Below, piece by piece: positions 9,257 through 20,503 of a DNA stretch of 64,000 nt. The first letter of the stretch is position 1. Each line of letters starts with the position of its first letter. The stretch lies in assembly GCA_965208325.1 (NCBI GenBank), contig OZ242326.1, forward strand, positions 416,001 to 480,000, read 5' to 3'. Under the pieces are notes generated by a model. That model did no database searches. It was not told the origin of the DNA and saw nothing but the letters and a program-made list of their open reading frames with translations. The position numbers and the translations under genes were made by a program. Source of the DNA: Candidatus Poribacteria bacterium. Its GTDB lineage: Bacteria > Poribacteria > WGA-4E > PCPOR2b.

Positions 9257-12200
9257 ATGCGGAAATGCCTAAAATTGATGTTATTTTTGGGGATCTTGAT
9301 TTTTTTGCAATCGAACCTGCCGGCCATCGAAGCGCGAAACGAATCCCCAATTGCGGTTGAGCATAATTCTGAAATCACGCCTGGCGAACTCCTGATTCGC
9401 GTGACTCCTGAAGCACAGAAGGACGCCGAGCTGCTGCACGCCAAAGCGGCGATACATAAACTCCACAATCAGATGGGAGTCCAGTCTTTTCGGCGCGTAT
9501 TTCCGTATATTGCCTATCCGAATTTCAATCCGAATTTAGAACATATTTATTTGCTGCGTTTTCAAGTTACGGCAAATCTGCACGCGCTAAAAGCGGCGTA
9601 TGCCGCATCTCCGCTAATTGAGGCGGTCGCATTCAACTATCTCCGCCCGACGCAGGAATCCATAGCGCTGCCCAACGATCCGCTGATTGAGGAGCAGTGG
9701 AATGTACTTCTCACCAATATGCCGGAGGCTTGGCTAATCGAGAAGGGCGATCCGAGTATAGTCATCGCCGTGGTTGACTCGGGAATTGATTATCGACACG
9801 AGGATCTTGCCTCGCAAATTTGGGTCAATCTCGACGAAATCCCCGATAATGGGCTGGACGACGACAATAACGGCTACGTAGACGATATCCGCGGCTGGGA
9901 TTTTACCGATGCGCCAAACGTTGGGGCACAAGGTGATTATTTGGAAGGCGATAACGACCCAATCGATGAAACCGGACACGGTACACACGTCGCCGGTATT
10001 GCCGGCGCGTCAGGAGATAACGGGATTGGTATCGCCGGCGTGGCTTGGAATTGTAAGCTGATGGCTGTTCGTACCGGTCACTCTGTTGCCGGGGTCTCAG
10101 GTTTGCAGGACGATGATTCTTCGGCGGCAATTGTCTATGCTGTTGATAACGGTGCGAGAATTATCAACATGAGCTGGGGCAGCAGTTCAAGTTCGTTTGT
10201 AATTCGAGATGTAATCGATTACGCTTACGCGCGCGGTGTGCTTCTCGTTGCTGCAGCCGGAAATGACTATCAAAATCAGGTCATTTACCCGGCAGGCTAT
10301 CGCAAGGTGATCGCTGTCGCTGCAACCGACCAGAACAAGAGGAGATTTTATCAGTCAAATTTTGGCGCATCCATAGATATCGGCGCTCCAGGCAACGTAA
10401 TATTGAGTACTCAGATAAACAACCAATACCGGCTTCTCACGGGCACGTCCATGGCGGCGCCGCATGTTTGCGGAGCGGCGGCGCTGGTAATGTCGAAGCG
10501 CCCCAGCCTGACGCATGAGGAGGTTCGGAACATCCTCATCACTACATCCGACCCAATTACGGATAGCCCGGAGCTTGTCGGCGCCGGGCATCTGAACGCT
10601 GGGCGGGCGTTGATGGCAAGCGGGTCGCTTCAAGGGCGAATCTTCTCGCCGGAGACCAACAGCGGTGGATCGGACAACATTGAGATAATTGGAACTGCCG
10701 GCGGGTATCGGTTTTCCACATGGCAGTTGATGTATGGAGAATCAAGAACGCCGGATTCATTTGTTCCCATCAATTCACAGAGCAGTCGGCAAAAATCCGG
10801 CGAAACCTTGCTCGAGTGGATTACTTCCGAGGTGCCGGAAGGCATTTATACCCTTCGTCTCGAAGTAACTGGGCGCGATGACAAAAAGGTGCACGATGAG
10901 GTTGTCGTGTCGGTGGACCGAACCGCCCCCGTAGTTCAGAATGTGAAAGTGCGGGAGTTGATTTCTATGGACAGTTATGCCACAGTTATCACTTGGTCGA
11001 CAGATGACTTCACAATCAACACGCTGAGTCAGCGGGCACGCCAAGGACTCGCGCCGTTCTCGCCAATTGAGGAAAACTCGGCGAGCCGGGAACATGTTTT
11101 TTCACTGCCGCTCAGCGCGGGCAGTTACGATTTCTTTATCACCTCTCGCAACGCATCGGGAATTGAGACGGTCGACAACAACGATGGTGATTTCTATAAC
11201 ACCGGCGTAATCGGCGGCACTATTTCGCCGAACGGCTTCATGCAAACGTCGTCTGAGCTTTCCCCAATGCACTTGGCTTCCAACCCGGCGGATTTCGATG
11301 GGGATGGGCGGTTTGAAATCATCGGGATTTCACTGGAGAGTTTGAAAAACCGGACGCTTAAAGGCGTTGAAATTTACGAGCGGCCACATCAACTTCAACA
11401 CGTCGGCAGTACGAATTATAAACCGTGGGAGGTCGGCGACACCGATGGAGATGGGCTGTTGGAAATTTTGGGCAGCACAGATGACCGCACATTTCTAATC
11501 GAGAGCGCAAAGCATGATGGTTATCCGGAAAATGTGATTTGGGAATTCCCTTTTATCTCGTCCGGGCAGATTGCAGACCTTGACGGCGATGGGCGAAAAG
11601 AGATAATTGGACCCGACAACAACAACAATCGCATTCTTATATTTGAAAATCGTGGTAACGACGCCTATGAAGAGGTTATCAGCATTAAGAACAACACACC
11701 CGGAACGAATGCATTTGGAGAAAGGTTTGCTATCGGCGATTTCAACGACAATGGCCGTATGGAATTGATGGTGGGAGACAGTGAAGGCGATTTATTAGTC
11801 TACGAATCCGCGGGAAACGACCTGCTCGTTGAAACGTGGAGGGAAAAAATCGATGCCGAAGATGCGCATCTGCTCGCGGCAGGTGATCTTACGGGGGATG
11901 GAATTCCCGAATTCGTGGTGGGCGGATCGGTATCGCAGGAAAATCTTCCTTCGCTGGCTCCTAACTGGAAATTCCATGTGTTTTCCGCGTTCACTCCTAT
12001 TGATTTCTTAACGTCATCAAATAAACACGGTGATTCACTGTTTCAGTCGATAGCCTCGCAGGAGATCACCCCGTATCTCTTTTACGGTAACAGCATTGCC
12101 ATCGGCGATGTTGACGGCGATGCAGCGAATGAGATTGTGGTTGCGGCGAATCCGAGCATCTATGTGTTCAAGCTGCTCTCGCAAACCACGACTGAGACAG

Positions 12201-13315
12201 GAAAAGGCGTTCTTCCTCCCGTTTCAGACGAAGGTAGGCCGGTTCTCGCCTTAACTCCAGTCTGGTACCATGCCGCCGGAGAAACACCCAGCTTTTTTCT
12301 GGCAGATCTGAATGGCAACGGGTTCAGTGAATTGTATTTTAACGACGAAGAAAATCTCTTGGTATTTGAACATGTACACGCTGGCAACCCAAACGCCGCG
12401 GTTGATGTTCAGCCGTGGGGTTTATCGGCAAATCCGCTGACTGCGCGTGTGGTCCAACTGGAGTGGCACGCACCAGAGGACGCCGCCCGCTTTACAGTGT
12501 ATAGGGCGGTTGGCGCGTCAACAGCGCAACATGCCGACTCGCCCCCCGCCTCTGCGTTTACCGTGGTGGGGCAAGATTTGGATCGCCCGGGTTTTCTTGA
12601 CCGAAACGTTACGAAGGACACAACCTATTGGTATGCAGTCACTGCGTCCAATGAGGAGGGTGTAGAGACTGATAGAACCGAAGCAGTTTCGGTAACGCCG
12701 CGCACGTCCCCAAAGTTGATTAGCGCCGAATATATCCGTTTAAACCAGGTAGTGGTTGTTTTTGATAAACGAATGGGGCCGTCCGCCGGTAATGAAAACC
12801 GCTATCAGTTGCGCGAGCCGGACCAACTTGCCGGCGTCCGTCCAGTTTCAGCAATTAGGGATCGAATGGGGACGCGAACCATCCTTACATTTAGCGATGA
12901 AGACTTAATCCCCGGTCAATCGTATGAGATTTCGGTCGACGGGGAGGTGCAGGACATTGATCGGAATCGAATTGATTTGCGGGCGATAACGCAGGAGATC
13001 GAGATTCCTGTCGAAGCCGAGCCTACCCGCTTAAATGACTTCACGCGCACGATTGTGTATCCCAATCCCATTCAGCCGAACGAGTTTCACAAAAGCGCAG
13101 TCACATTTGATCGCGTGCCTACGGGGACAGAGATTGGGATTTATAATGTGAGCGGAGACCTGCTCGAAAAATTGACTGTGACAGAAATTGACCGTGGACG
13201 CAAGGAGTGGTTGCTATTGAGCGATGGATATTCGGAGGTAACAACCGGGCTTTATATCTACACTATGCAATTTGACGAACTGAAAAAGGTTGGGAAGATA
13301 GCGGTGATAAAATAG
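9257..13315 (+). CDS. Large secreted S8 subtilisin-like serine protease with FG-GAP/VCBS repeats, Fn3/Ig-like domains and a C-terminal sorting-like domain
   Basis: Catalytic triad VVDSG / GHGTHVAG / GTSMAAP; repeated DxDGDGxxE motifs; C-terminus VYPNP...GLYIY...KIAVIK; start uncertain (9125-9278). Confidence 0.9.
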   Translation: MRKCLKLMLFLGILIFLQSNLPAIEARNESPIAVEHNSEITPGELLIRVTPEAQKDAELLHAKAAIHKLHNQMGVQSFRRVFPYIAYPNFNPNLEHIYLLRFQVTANLHALKAAYAASPLIEAVAFNYLRPTQESIALPNDPLIEEQWNVLLTNMPEAWLIEKGDPSIVIAVVDSGIDYRHEDLASQIWVNLDEIPDNGLDDDNNGYVDDIRGWDFTDAPNVGAQGDYLEGDNDPIDETGHGTHVAGIAGASGDNGIGIAGVAWNCKLMAVRTGHSVAGVSGLQDDDSSAAIVYAVDNGARIINMSWGSSSSSFVIRDVIDYAYARGVLLVAAAGNDYQNQVIYPAGYRKVIAVAATDQNKRRFYQSNFGASIDIGAPGNVILSTQINNQYRLLTGTSMAAPHVCGAAALVMSKRPSLTHEEVRNILITTSDPITDSPELVGAGHLNAGRALMASGSLQGRIFSPETNSGGSDNIEIIGTAGGYRFSTWQLMYGESRTPDSFVPINSQSSRQKSGETLLEWITSEVPEGIYTLRLEVTGRDDKKVHDEVVVSVDRTAPVVQNVKVRELISMDSYATVITWSTDDFTINTLSQRARQGLAPFSPIEENSASREHVFSLPLSAGSYDFFITSRNASGIETVDNNDGDFYNTGVIGGTISPNGFMQTSSELSPMHLASNPADFDGDGRFEIIGISLESLKNRTLKGVEIYERPHQLQHVGSTNYKPWEVGDTDGDGLLEILGSTDDRTFLIESAKHDGYPENVIWEFPFISSGQIADLDGDGRKEIIGPDNNNNRILIFENRGNDAYEEVISIKNNTPGTNAFGERFAIGDFNDNGRMELMVGDSEGDLLVYESAGNDLLVETWREKIDAEDAHLLAAGDLTGDGIPEFVVGGSVSQENLPSLAPNWKFHVFSAFTPIDFLTSSNKHGDSLFQSIASQEITPYLFYGNSIAIGDVDGDAANEIVVAANPSIYVFKLLSQTTTETGKGVLPPVSDEGRPVLALTPVWYHAAGETPSFFLADLNGNGFSELYFNDEENLLVFEHVHAGNPNAAVDVQPWGLSANPLTARVVQLEWHAPEDAARFTVYRAVGASTAQHADSPPASAFTVVGQDLDRPGFLDRNVTKDTTYWYAVTASNEEGVETDRTEAVSVTPRTSPKLISAEYIRLNQVVVVFDKRMGPSAGNENRYQLREPDQLAGVRPVSAIRDRMGTRTILTFSDEDLIPGQSYEISVDGEVQDIDRNRIDLRAITQEIEIPVEAEPTRLNDFTRTIVYPNPIQPNEFHKSAVTFDRVPTGTEIGIYNVSGDLLEKLTVTEIDRGRKEWLLLSDGYSEVTTGLYIYTMQFDELKKVGKIAVIK

Positions 13316-13380
13316 AACCGCCGGAGCTGCGTCAAAAAACACATTTGTAATCACCTACCGCAAATTACAAAGTCGGAAAG

Positions 13381-14187
13381 TCATAGACCCGTTGATACCG
13401 GCTTCGATTCAGGTGATTCGATTTTTTGCAAGGCTTTCGCTGCGCATTCGCGAACGTCATTATCAGTGTCCTTTAACGACCGTGTCAATTCCGGGATGGC
13501 GTCAGAATCGCCAATCACCCCCAGCGCGTTGACGGCATTCCACCGCACCCAATGATGTTCGTCATGCAGCGCCTGCAACAATGCGGGAACTGCAATGGAA
13601 TCTCCGATTTTGCCCAACGCCCCCGCCGCATTCATACGGACATGCTCAACCGGGTCGTTCAATGCCTGAATTAAGGCGGAGATGGCAGTCGTGTTGCCGA
13701 TTTTATATAAGGCGTCACCGGCATTCATGCGGACTCCCTCGTCCGCATCACCCAATGCAGTTACTAAGGCGGGAACTGCGGCGCCATCTCCTATTTGTCC
13801 AAGCGCACCTATGACATTTACCCGCAACGCGGAAGCCTCATCACTCAAAATTTTAACTAAGGCAGCAACTGCTTGACTTGCCGGTTTGCCTATATTTTTC
13901 AATGTTCTTGCCGCGTACGTGCAAACGTCTTTGTCTCTGTCGTTTAACGCCTCGATTAATGCAGGAACTGCCTCTTTAGCATGTACGCCCATCTCGCTCA
14001 TAGTGACTAGCGCGTTTAAGCGAACCTCCTTATCCGGATTATCCAAAGCCTTTATCAATGCTGGAATTTTCTTCACCAACGCTTGTCTCGCTTCGGGGAT
14101 ATCAATTACGCTGCTCAAGACACTCGCAGCGTAAACGCGGACCCTTTGATCGGAATCTCCTAGTTTCTCAATCCATTTCTGAATCAT
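13381..14187 (-). CDS. HEAT/PBS-lyase repeat protein
   Basis: About eight repeats of AVPALxxALxDxxxxVRxNAAxALGxIG; ORF track extends to 14223. Confidence 0.9.
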   Translation of the reverse strand: MIQKWIEKLGDSDQRVRVYAASVLSSVIDIPEARQALVKKIPALIKALDNPDKEVRLNALVTMSEMGVHAKEAVPALIEALNDRDKDVCTYAARTLKNIGKPASQAVAALVKILSDEASALRVNVIGALGQIGDGAAVPALVTALGDADEGVRMNAGDALYKIGNTTAISALIQALNDPVEHVRMNAAGALGKIGDSIAVPALLQALHDEHHWVRWNAVNALGVIGDSDAIPELTRSLKDTDNDVRECAAKALQKIESPESKPVSTGL

Positions 14188-14274
14188 TAAGTATGCTCCT
14201 ACGCTGTATGATTCCAAGTGCAAGAAATCACGCCGATCACCGGTTCAAAGTCAAGATGCAGACGGTGTTCAGAG

Positions 14275-16227
14275 TCATTCCACTGCATATTTCAAAATGA
14301 CGCCCCGATCACCAACAATCCAGCCGTTTTCAGCATTAGTCATGGAAATTGAGTTAAGGTTATGTCGGGTTTCGCACCATTGCGGACGCCAGTTTTCGCC
14401 GCCGTCAATGGTGTGAAGAACGATTCCCTCTCCGCCTACGGTCCAACCCTCGTTTTGATTGAGAAAGAAAACATCGTTTAGTGAAGCCTGGATGTAGGAC
14501 TCTTGGCGTACCCATGAATTGCCGCCGTCTGTTGTGCGCAAAATCAACCCCCCGACGCCAACTACCCACCCGGTTAACTGATTTGCAAAATGGACACCCA
14601 GCAACCATACCTCACCGAGATTGGCTTGCAAAGACCATTTTGCCCCGCCGTCCCGTGTATGGAGGATTACCCCGCCCTGACCGACTATCCAGCCATTCTG
14701 CGAATCGGCGAAATGAACCCCAAATAGATGACGATTGACGCCGCTCTGTTGTCGTTCCCAACTCCTTCCGCCGTTTGCCGTATGTAAAATTTCTCCGCTT
14801 TCCCCAACAATCCAGCCCTTTTCGTCATCAATAAAAAAGACACCTAAAAGGTCATTCCTTGATTCAGCCTCCTGCAAAGCCCATGTACTGCCGCCATCAC
14901 TAGTGTGAATAATTGTTCCCCATTCTGCGACCGCCCATCCGAGCCGGTCGTTGATGAAATGGATTGAGCCAAAACATTCCATCGTCCGGCTGTCTTGCGG
15001 ATTCCAACTTCTGCCGCCGTCTTCCGTGTAAAGCACTACCCCGCGATCGCCAACGCCGTATCCGGTTTGGTCGGAGACAAAATGTACGTCCGCCAGGAAG
15101 TAGCTTTGTAATGCCTGAAGCGTCCATGTTTTACCTCCATTCGCCGTGTGGAGGATGGTACCAAATTCGCCGACAGCCCATCCAGTTTGATTATCCACGA
15201 AATGGATACCAAACAGGACACTATCGCCTCCAATATGGGGTGTTGGTCCCCCTCTCTGATGGTTCCATGTATTGCCGCCGTCACTTGTGTGTAAGATTGC
15301 GCCTAAATCTCCGGCAATCCAACCGTGCTGTGAATCCGTAAAGCAGAAGTCATAAAGCGTGAAACTGTGTAAGGGTTCATCACCGGTTTTCAATCGTTGT
15401 CCGTAGACGGTTTCGTGCCGCTTGTTTGAACCGTGTGTGAGATGCTTCCAAGTTTTCCCGCTATCCGTTGTTGCAAGTATTGTGCGTCTGTCACCGACTA
15501 TCCATCCTTTATTGGGATTGGAAAAAAACACATCAGACAACCTATAACGGATTCCTGTATCTTGGAATCGCCAAGTTTTTCCGCCGTCGTTGGTGCGGTA
15601 TGTCAGGCCTTCGTAACTTACCGTCCACCCGTGCTGAGAATCAAGAAAATGAAGTCCACGCAGGGAACTTTCCCCCAGCCCCTGCGCCCGATTCTCCCAA
15701 GTTTCACCGCCGTTTCGAGTATACAGCGCGGTTCCAAAGTCACCTACCGCCCAACCCTCACGCGCCGAGAAAAAGTGGAGATCGAAGAGATTATTGAAAG
15801 TGTTTGACGCTTGTTTATGCCATGTGCCTCCACCATCGCTGGTGTGTAAAATCACCCCGTTGTCGCCGGCGATCCACCCTGTCCGATGATCCACAAAAAG
15901 GACCGATCGTAACGGATGCTGCGTTTTGCTCGCTTGCGGTTTCCAAGTTTCGCCGCCATCTACGGTGTACGCAATTACACTATCAAATTCTTCATCAATT
16001 GTATTGCCTTCGTTGTTGCCGACAGCCCATCCCGTTTTCTCATCAATAAAAAAAACATCATAAAACCGCGTTTCCCAATCCGCGCGTCGAATAATCTTCC
16101 ACCGCCCGGTTTTCTGCCCTTTATTCCTCGAGCATCCAATCGTTCCGAATACGAGGGGCAGTATGATCAGAAGAATCATCCCGCGAATAATATAATGCCT
16201 GACGCATGAGTCTCGAAGGATGTCCAT
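14275..16227 (-). CDS. YCF48-related BNR/Asp-box beta-propeller lipoprotein
   Basis: Many repeats of FxDxxxGWxVGxxGxILHTxDGGxTWxxQ; lipobox-like TIGC. Confidence 0.9.
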   Translation of the reverse strand: MDILRDSCVRHYIIRGMILLIILPLVFGTIGCSRNKGQKTGRWKIIRRADWETRFYDVFFIDEKTGWAVGNNEGNTIDEEFDSVIAYTVDGGETWKPQASKTQHPLRSVLFVDHRTGWIAGDNGVILHTSDGGGTWHKQASNTFNNLFDLHFFSAREGWAVGDFGTALYTRNGGETWENRAQGLGESSLRGLHFLDSQHGWTVSYEGLTYRTNDGGKTWRFQDTGIRYRLSDVFFSNPNKGWIVGDRRTILATTDSGKTWKHLTHGSNKRHETVYGQRLKTGDEPLHSFTLYDFCFTDSQHGWIAGDLGAILHTSDGGNTWNHQRGGPTPHIGGDSVLFGIHFVDNQTGWAVGEFGTILHTANGGKTWTLQALQSYFLADVHFVSDQTGYGVGDRGVVLYTEDGGRSWNPQDSRTMECFGSIHFINDRLGWAVAEWGTIIHTSDGGSTWALQEAESRNDLLGVFFIDDEKGWIVGESGEILHTANGGRSWERQQSGVNRHLFGVHFADSQNGWIVGQGGVILHTRDGGAKWSLQANLGEVWLLGVHFANQLTGWVVGVGGLILRTTDGGNSWVRQESYIQASLNDVFFLNQNEGWTVGGEGIVLHTIDGGENWRPQWCETRHNLNSISMTNAENGWIVGDRGVILKYAVE

Positions 16228-16287
16228 TTTCTAAACCGAGCGCATAAAATTATAGATTGTGATTCTCACATTTAGTCGGAGCACCAT

Positions 16288-17262
16288 TTACACGCATTGG
16301 TCCAAATCTGCTTTAACCATCATCTCAACGAGTGCTTCAAAGCCAACACTCGGTTTCCAGCCCAATATTCGTTCCGCTTTAGTGTAATCTCCTTGAAGGA
16401 TATTAACTTCCGCGGGCCGGTACAGGTTCTCATCAATTACGACGTAGTCTTCGTAGTTGAGATTAACGTAATCGAAGCATATGCTTACATAGTCTTTGAC
16501 GGAGTGAGTCACCCCGGTAGCGATGACATAGTCATCCGGTGCGGGTTGCTGCAACATAAGCCACATGGCGCTCACATAATCGCCGGCGTATCCCCAATCT
16601 CGTTTAGCCGCTAGGTTCCCCAAGCGTAACTCAGCGGCAAGTCCGCGTTTAATTTTTGCCGCTACGCTGGTTATCTTTCTCGTCACAAACTCGTAGCCTC
16701 GCCGCGGGGATTCATGGTTAAACAGAATCCCGCTGCAGGCGAAGATATCATACGCCTCGCGGTAATTCCGCGTCAAATGAAAGCCGGCTACTTTAGAGAT
16801 TCCATAAGGTGAACGGGGATGGAAGCGAGTATCTTCATTTTGGGGAGTCTCCTCGGCATTTCCGAACATTTCACTCGACGCGGCAAAATAGAACCGGCAC
16901 TCCGGAACATTTTCCTTGATGGCGGACAAGACATAATGCGTTCCGTTAATGTTTGTATTGATCGTGGAGAATTCGTCTTCAAAGGAGTAGCTGACAAAAC
17001 TTTGGGCGGCAAGATGATAACACTCATCCGGCTTCACATCTTCAATCACCCTAAATAAACTCGCGTAGCTCTCCAGGGACGCCGTGTGTAAATTTAATTT
17101 GTCAAGGATATGCTGGATTCGCCGGAGTCTATGTTCAGGATCTTCAAGCGCCACCCGCCTGATTATTCCGTGGACTTCATATCCTTTGGAAAGCAAAAAT
17201 TCGGCGAGGTATGAGCCATCCTGCCCTGTAATACCCGTGATTAACGCCTTTCTCCTTCTCAT
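16288..17262 (-). CDS. gmd: GDP-mannose 4,6-dehydratase
   Basis: LITGITGQDGSYLAE, LAAQSFV, SPYGISK, FNHESPRRGYEFVTRKI, RDWGYAGDYV. Confidence 0.96.
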   Translation of the reverse strand: MRRRKALITGITGQDGSYLAEFLLSKGYEVHGIIRRVALEDPEHRLRRIQHILDKLNLHTASLESYASLFRVIEDVKPDECYHLAAQSFVSYSFEDEFSTINTNINGTHYVLSAIKENVPECRFYFAASSEMFGNAEETPQNEDTRFHPRSPYGISKVAGFHLTRNYREAYDIFACSGILFNHESPRRGYEFVTRKITSVAAKIKRGLAAELRLGNLAAKRDWGYAGDYVSAMWLMLQQPAPDDYVIATGVTHSVKDYVSICFDYVNLNYEDYVVIDENLYRPAEVNILQGDYTKAERILGWKPSVGFEALVEMMVKADLDQCV

Positions 17263-17313
17263 GATTCCACCTCTGTTCGATCAGGGACAGCTAGGGATGG
17301 GATTGAGATGTGA

Positions 17314-18150
17314 TTATGGTGATGGGATTAAATTGCCTGTTCCGAACCCGATTTTCAGGCCCCTGGCCATCAGTTCCTGGCAACGGGGACCTCCGTTGGC
17401 AAGCAAGCCATCGCTGTAGATTATGCCGTGCCCTTCGGTAATGCCGTTAAGGTATTGAACAAGCCAATCGTAGTGCTCTCGGTTTTTTTCGGGGGTTGTA
17501 TTCTGGACACAAGTGACTCGGAGGATTCGCCTGCCGGGCCGCGGTTTCAAGGAGGCGTGGTATAACTTGTGATTCATAAAAATCACGTCCCCGGGCTGGT
17601 TCACGAGCGGATATTGGCCCGGCAACTCTGACGCATTGATCCCCAACTGGTTGCTGTGCTGGAAGTTTCCTACTGTATTGACAAGTGCATCCCGAAATTC
17701 TTTAAAATGGCTTCCCGGAATGACTGTTAGGCAGCCATCCTCAGGGCCAAGCGGGTCGAGATAGAGCGCCGCCCGCATACTAAAGAAGCCTTCGGGCGCC
17801 ACGGTATCATGATGCCATGGCGTCCCGCCGCCATAGATTACCGCACTGTGAGCCGCCATGATGTAGTCGCTGCCCATCAGTTGCTCAAACACATCAAGGA
17901 TGCGTGCATCATCCAACAGCGGGTAAAACGCATCGGGGTCAGTGTCAAAGAACGGTATTTCGTCCTGGCTCGCTGTCGAATAACCGTGTTCATCTTGGTT
18001 AAGCACCGGTTCTGGTTTTCCGCCGCGTTGGCGTTCCATCGCCGCATCGAAAGCCTCCGAGAGCGCCTGAATCTCATTGGGTGAAAACAGTTGCCTACAC
18101 TGCAGGAAGCCCAACGTCTGAAAATGGAGTACTTCATCCTCTGTTATCAT
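17314..18150 (-). CDS. Phytanoyl-CoA dioxygenase (PhyH) family Fe(II)/2OG oxygenase
   Basis: FQTLGFL, WHHD, GCLTVIPGSH, PGDVIFMNHKLYH. Confidence 0.9.
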   Translation of the reverse strand: MITEDEVLHFQTLGFLQCRQLFSPNEIQALSEAFDAAMERQRGGKPEPVLNQDEHGYSTASQDEIPFFDTDPDAFYPLLDDARILDVFEQLMGSDYIMAAHSAVIYGGGTPWHHDTVAPEGFFSMRAALYLDPLGPEDGCLTVIPGSHFKEFRDALVNTVGNFQHSNQLGINASELPGQYPLVNQPGDVIFMNHKLYHASLKPRPGRRILRVTCVQNTTPEKNREHYDWLVQYLNGITEGHGIIYSDGLLANGGPRCQELMARGLKIGFGTGNLIPSP

Positions 18151-18273
18151 AGTTCTGGTCTCCTTTCTATATCACCACTAAAGAATTGCGGTGCGTTCAA
18201 TCTAAATATCAGTGACTCGGTCTGTTCAATTTATCAACCGATTCTAACACCGCGATGATTTGGTTGGCTTGAT

Positions 18274-19095
18274 TTAGGTCAGGTCTTGTAAGTGGGTGAC
18301 TCGCCCAGTGTTGCCAAATCCCAGTTCAATCGCCCGGTCCAGCATCTTTTTGCGGCGTGGACTTGCAGTCCGAATAAAACGATCGCTATAAAACCTGCCC
18401 CATCCGTTAGTCTCCCCGTTGAGAAAACCCATGAGCCAATCGAAATGTTCGGTGTTCTTTTCGCGAGTCGCATTCTGGGTACAGTTGATATGGATAGCCC
18501 GCCGCCCGGGCTTATCGCTCAACGCGGAGTGAAACGTCTTGTGGTTCATATAAAGCACATCACCCGGTTCGTTGACAAGCGGATAACGGCCGGGTATATC
18601 TTCAGGACCTACCCCCACGTTGTTGATGTTGCTAGCAATCGCGTCGCGGTACTCCTTCATGTGGCTTCCCGGGATGACGTTTAGGCAGCCGTCTTCTGCG
18701 CTAAGGCAATCTAGATAGATTGCCGCCCTCATGCTAAAGATTCCTTCGGGTGCGCAGGCGTCATGATGCCAGCCGCTGCCGCCGGTATGGAGAATTCCTT
18801 CGCTGACGGTAAGGATAAAATCCTCACCCATCAGTTGTACCAGCGGCTCGACGATACGTGCATCGTCCAGGAGCGGGTAGAATGTCTCGGGATCGTAGTC
18901 AAAGAAGGGTACAACCTGTTGTCTGGCTTCACCTGGTTTCGGTTTTGGTGCACCATCCCGCGCCTTTTCCATGGCTGTGTCGAAAGCATCGGAAATTACC
19001 TGCATCTCCTCTTTCGACAGTAGCCCTTTGCACAAGACAAAGCCTAACGTACGAAAATGACGAATCTGTTCCTGAGTCAACATGTTAATCTCCAC
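18274..19095 (-). CDS. PhyH family Fe(II)/2OG oxygenase (paralog of the adjacent gene)
   Basis: FRTLGFV, WHHD, GCLNVIPGSH, PGDVLYMNHKTFH. Confidence 0.9.
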   Translation of the reverse strand: MEINMLTQEQIRHFRTLGFVLCKGLLSKEEMQVISDAFDTAMEKARDGAPKPKPGEARQQVVPFFDYDPETFYPLLDDARIVEPLVQLMGEDFILTVSEGILHTGGSGWHHDACAPEGIFSMRAAIYLDCLSAEDGCLNVIPGSHMKEYRDAIASNINNVGVGPEDIPGRYPLVNEPGDVLYMNHKTFHSALSDKPGRRAIHINCTQNATREKNTEHFDWLMGFLNGETNGWGRFYSDRFIRTASPRRKKMLDRAIELGFGNTGRVTHLQDLT

Positions 19096-19252
19096 GCGGT
19101 AAAAGTGTCATATCAATTTTTCTTTCGCGATGCAGCAATGCAGATGGCCACTGCAACGGCGAATGCATCTGACGAAATGCAGCTGTCATATTCCATCAAA
19201 ATTGAACCTCTATTTTCGCGTTTTGGACGATTAAAGCACGGTGTTTCTTTGT

Positions 19253-20434
19253 TTATTGATTGCAAAAGTTTGTAATCAATTGCAATGCGCCGTTTTCCTC
19301 CGCCTCTAACGTAATTTCGTCAAGGCGAATCTCGCACCTTTCTTGCGCTGAAAGATAAGACGCAAGAATGTAGCGTTTAATCTCCATGGCATTTTCTCCC
19401 GAGTAAATCGGTTCCTCGCCCTCAATGATTGACTTTATGAAATGGCGGGTGCTTGCCACAAAAGATGTGGACCAGTTACGCTCAGCCAACGATATGTCCG
19501 CCAAGTAAGAATCAACGCGGCCGTCAATGAATACCGCAATCGGTGGAAACACCGGGCTAGAAGACATTTTAAAATTTTTGTACATCTCTCGATTTCCGGC
19601 GGCGTCACACTGGTTAATCCACATTATCCCTTTATCACCGACGATTTCAACAAAATCATCAAGCCAGAAATTGGATGGTATCGACATTTGGGGCGAAAAC
19701 GTAAAGTCAATCTGTGCATACTTTGGGGATTCGTTGGGCGCAGTGCGAAACTTCGCACGGATGAACGCAGGCGCGTCTAAACGTGTATCCGAATCTATCC
19801 AACAGTCCACTGTTTCAAAATCTCGTTCCATAAACCATCTGACGAGCGAGAATCGGTGATATCCGTGATCTCCAATCAGCGGTCCGGACCCAGCCGTTTC
19901 AAGATTTCCCCGCCAGCTTGAAGCAGACCACGCCGACGGCCACTCGATGCCTCCTCGGATGCCTACCATCGTGCACGAACGTATGGTAAGCAATTCGCCA
20001 ATTAAGCCATCGTCAATCAACTCCTTGGCTTTGCTATAGATTGGATAGAACAATACATTTTCATAGACCCTGAGTTTTGCCCCGTTAACCCGGCACGCCT
20101 CAATCATCCGGTTTGCCTCGCTCAGATTAAGCCCCATCGGTTTCTGAACGCTGATGTTTTTCACATTCGCCTCGGCGGCTTTCAACACCATAGGGCAATG
20201 CAAATTGTGCGGCGTCAAAATTTCAACGAGGTCTAACTCTTCCTGATGGAGCATGTCTTCAAAATTTGTATACAACGCCACGTCGTATGGCAAATTCCAT
20301 TTCCGCAACCGAGCTAGCGCTGTTTCTTTATCAATATCAGCCGCGGCGACAATCTTGGCATCCTCGTTGCCGATGTAACCCAACACGTGTTCGTCGCTTA
20401 TAAATCCGAGGCCGACAAATCCAACCTTCAACAC
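19253..20434 (-). CDS. Gfo/Idh/MocA family NAD(P)-dependent oxidoreductase
   Basis: VGFVGLGFI, ILTPHNLH, VQKPM, GDHGYH. Confidence 0.9.
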   Translation of the reverse strand: MLKVGFVGLGFISDEHVLGYIGNEDAKIVAAADIDKETALARLRKWNLPYDVALYTNFEDMLHQEELDLVEILTPHNLHCPMVLKAAEANVKNISVQKPMGLNLSEANRMIEACRVNGAKLRVYENVLFYPIYSKAKELIDDGLIGELLTIRSCTMVGIRGGIEWPSAWSASSWRGNLETAGSGPLIGDHGYHRFSLVRWFMERDFETVDCWIDSDTRLDAPAFIRAKFRTAPNESPKYAQIDFTFSPQMSIPSNFWLDDFVEIVGDKGIMWINQCDAAGNREMYKNFKMSSSPVFPPIAVFIDGRVDSYLADISLAERNWSTSFVASTRHFIKSIIEGEEPIYSGENAMEIKRYILASYLSAQERCEIRLDEITLEAEENGALQLITNFCNQ

Positions 20435-20503
20435 AGTCGTTTCACCTTTTTATCAGTTGTTGCAACTCTTTAATGATTGCCGCGCGGCATATCGGACATC
20501 AAT

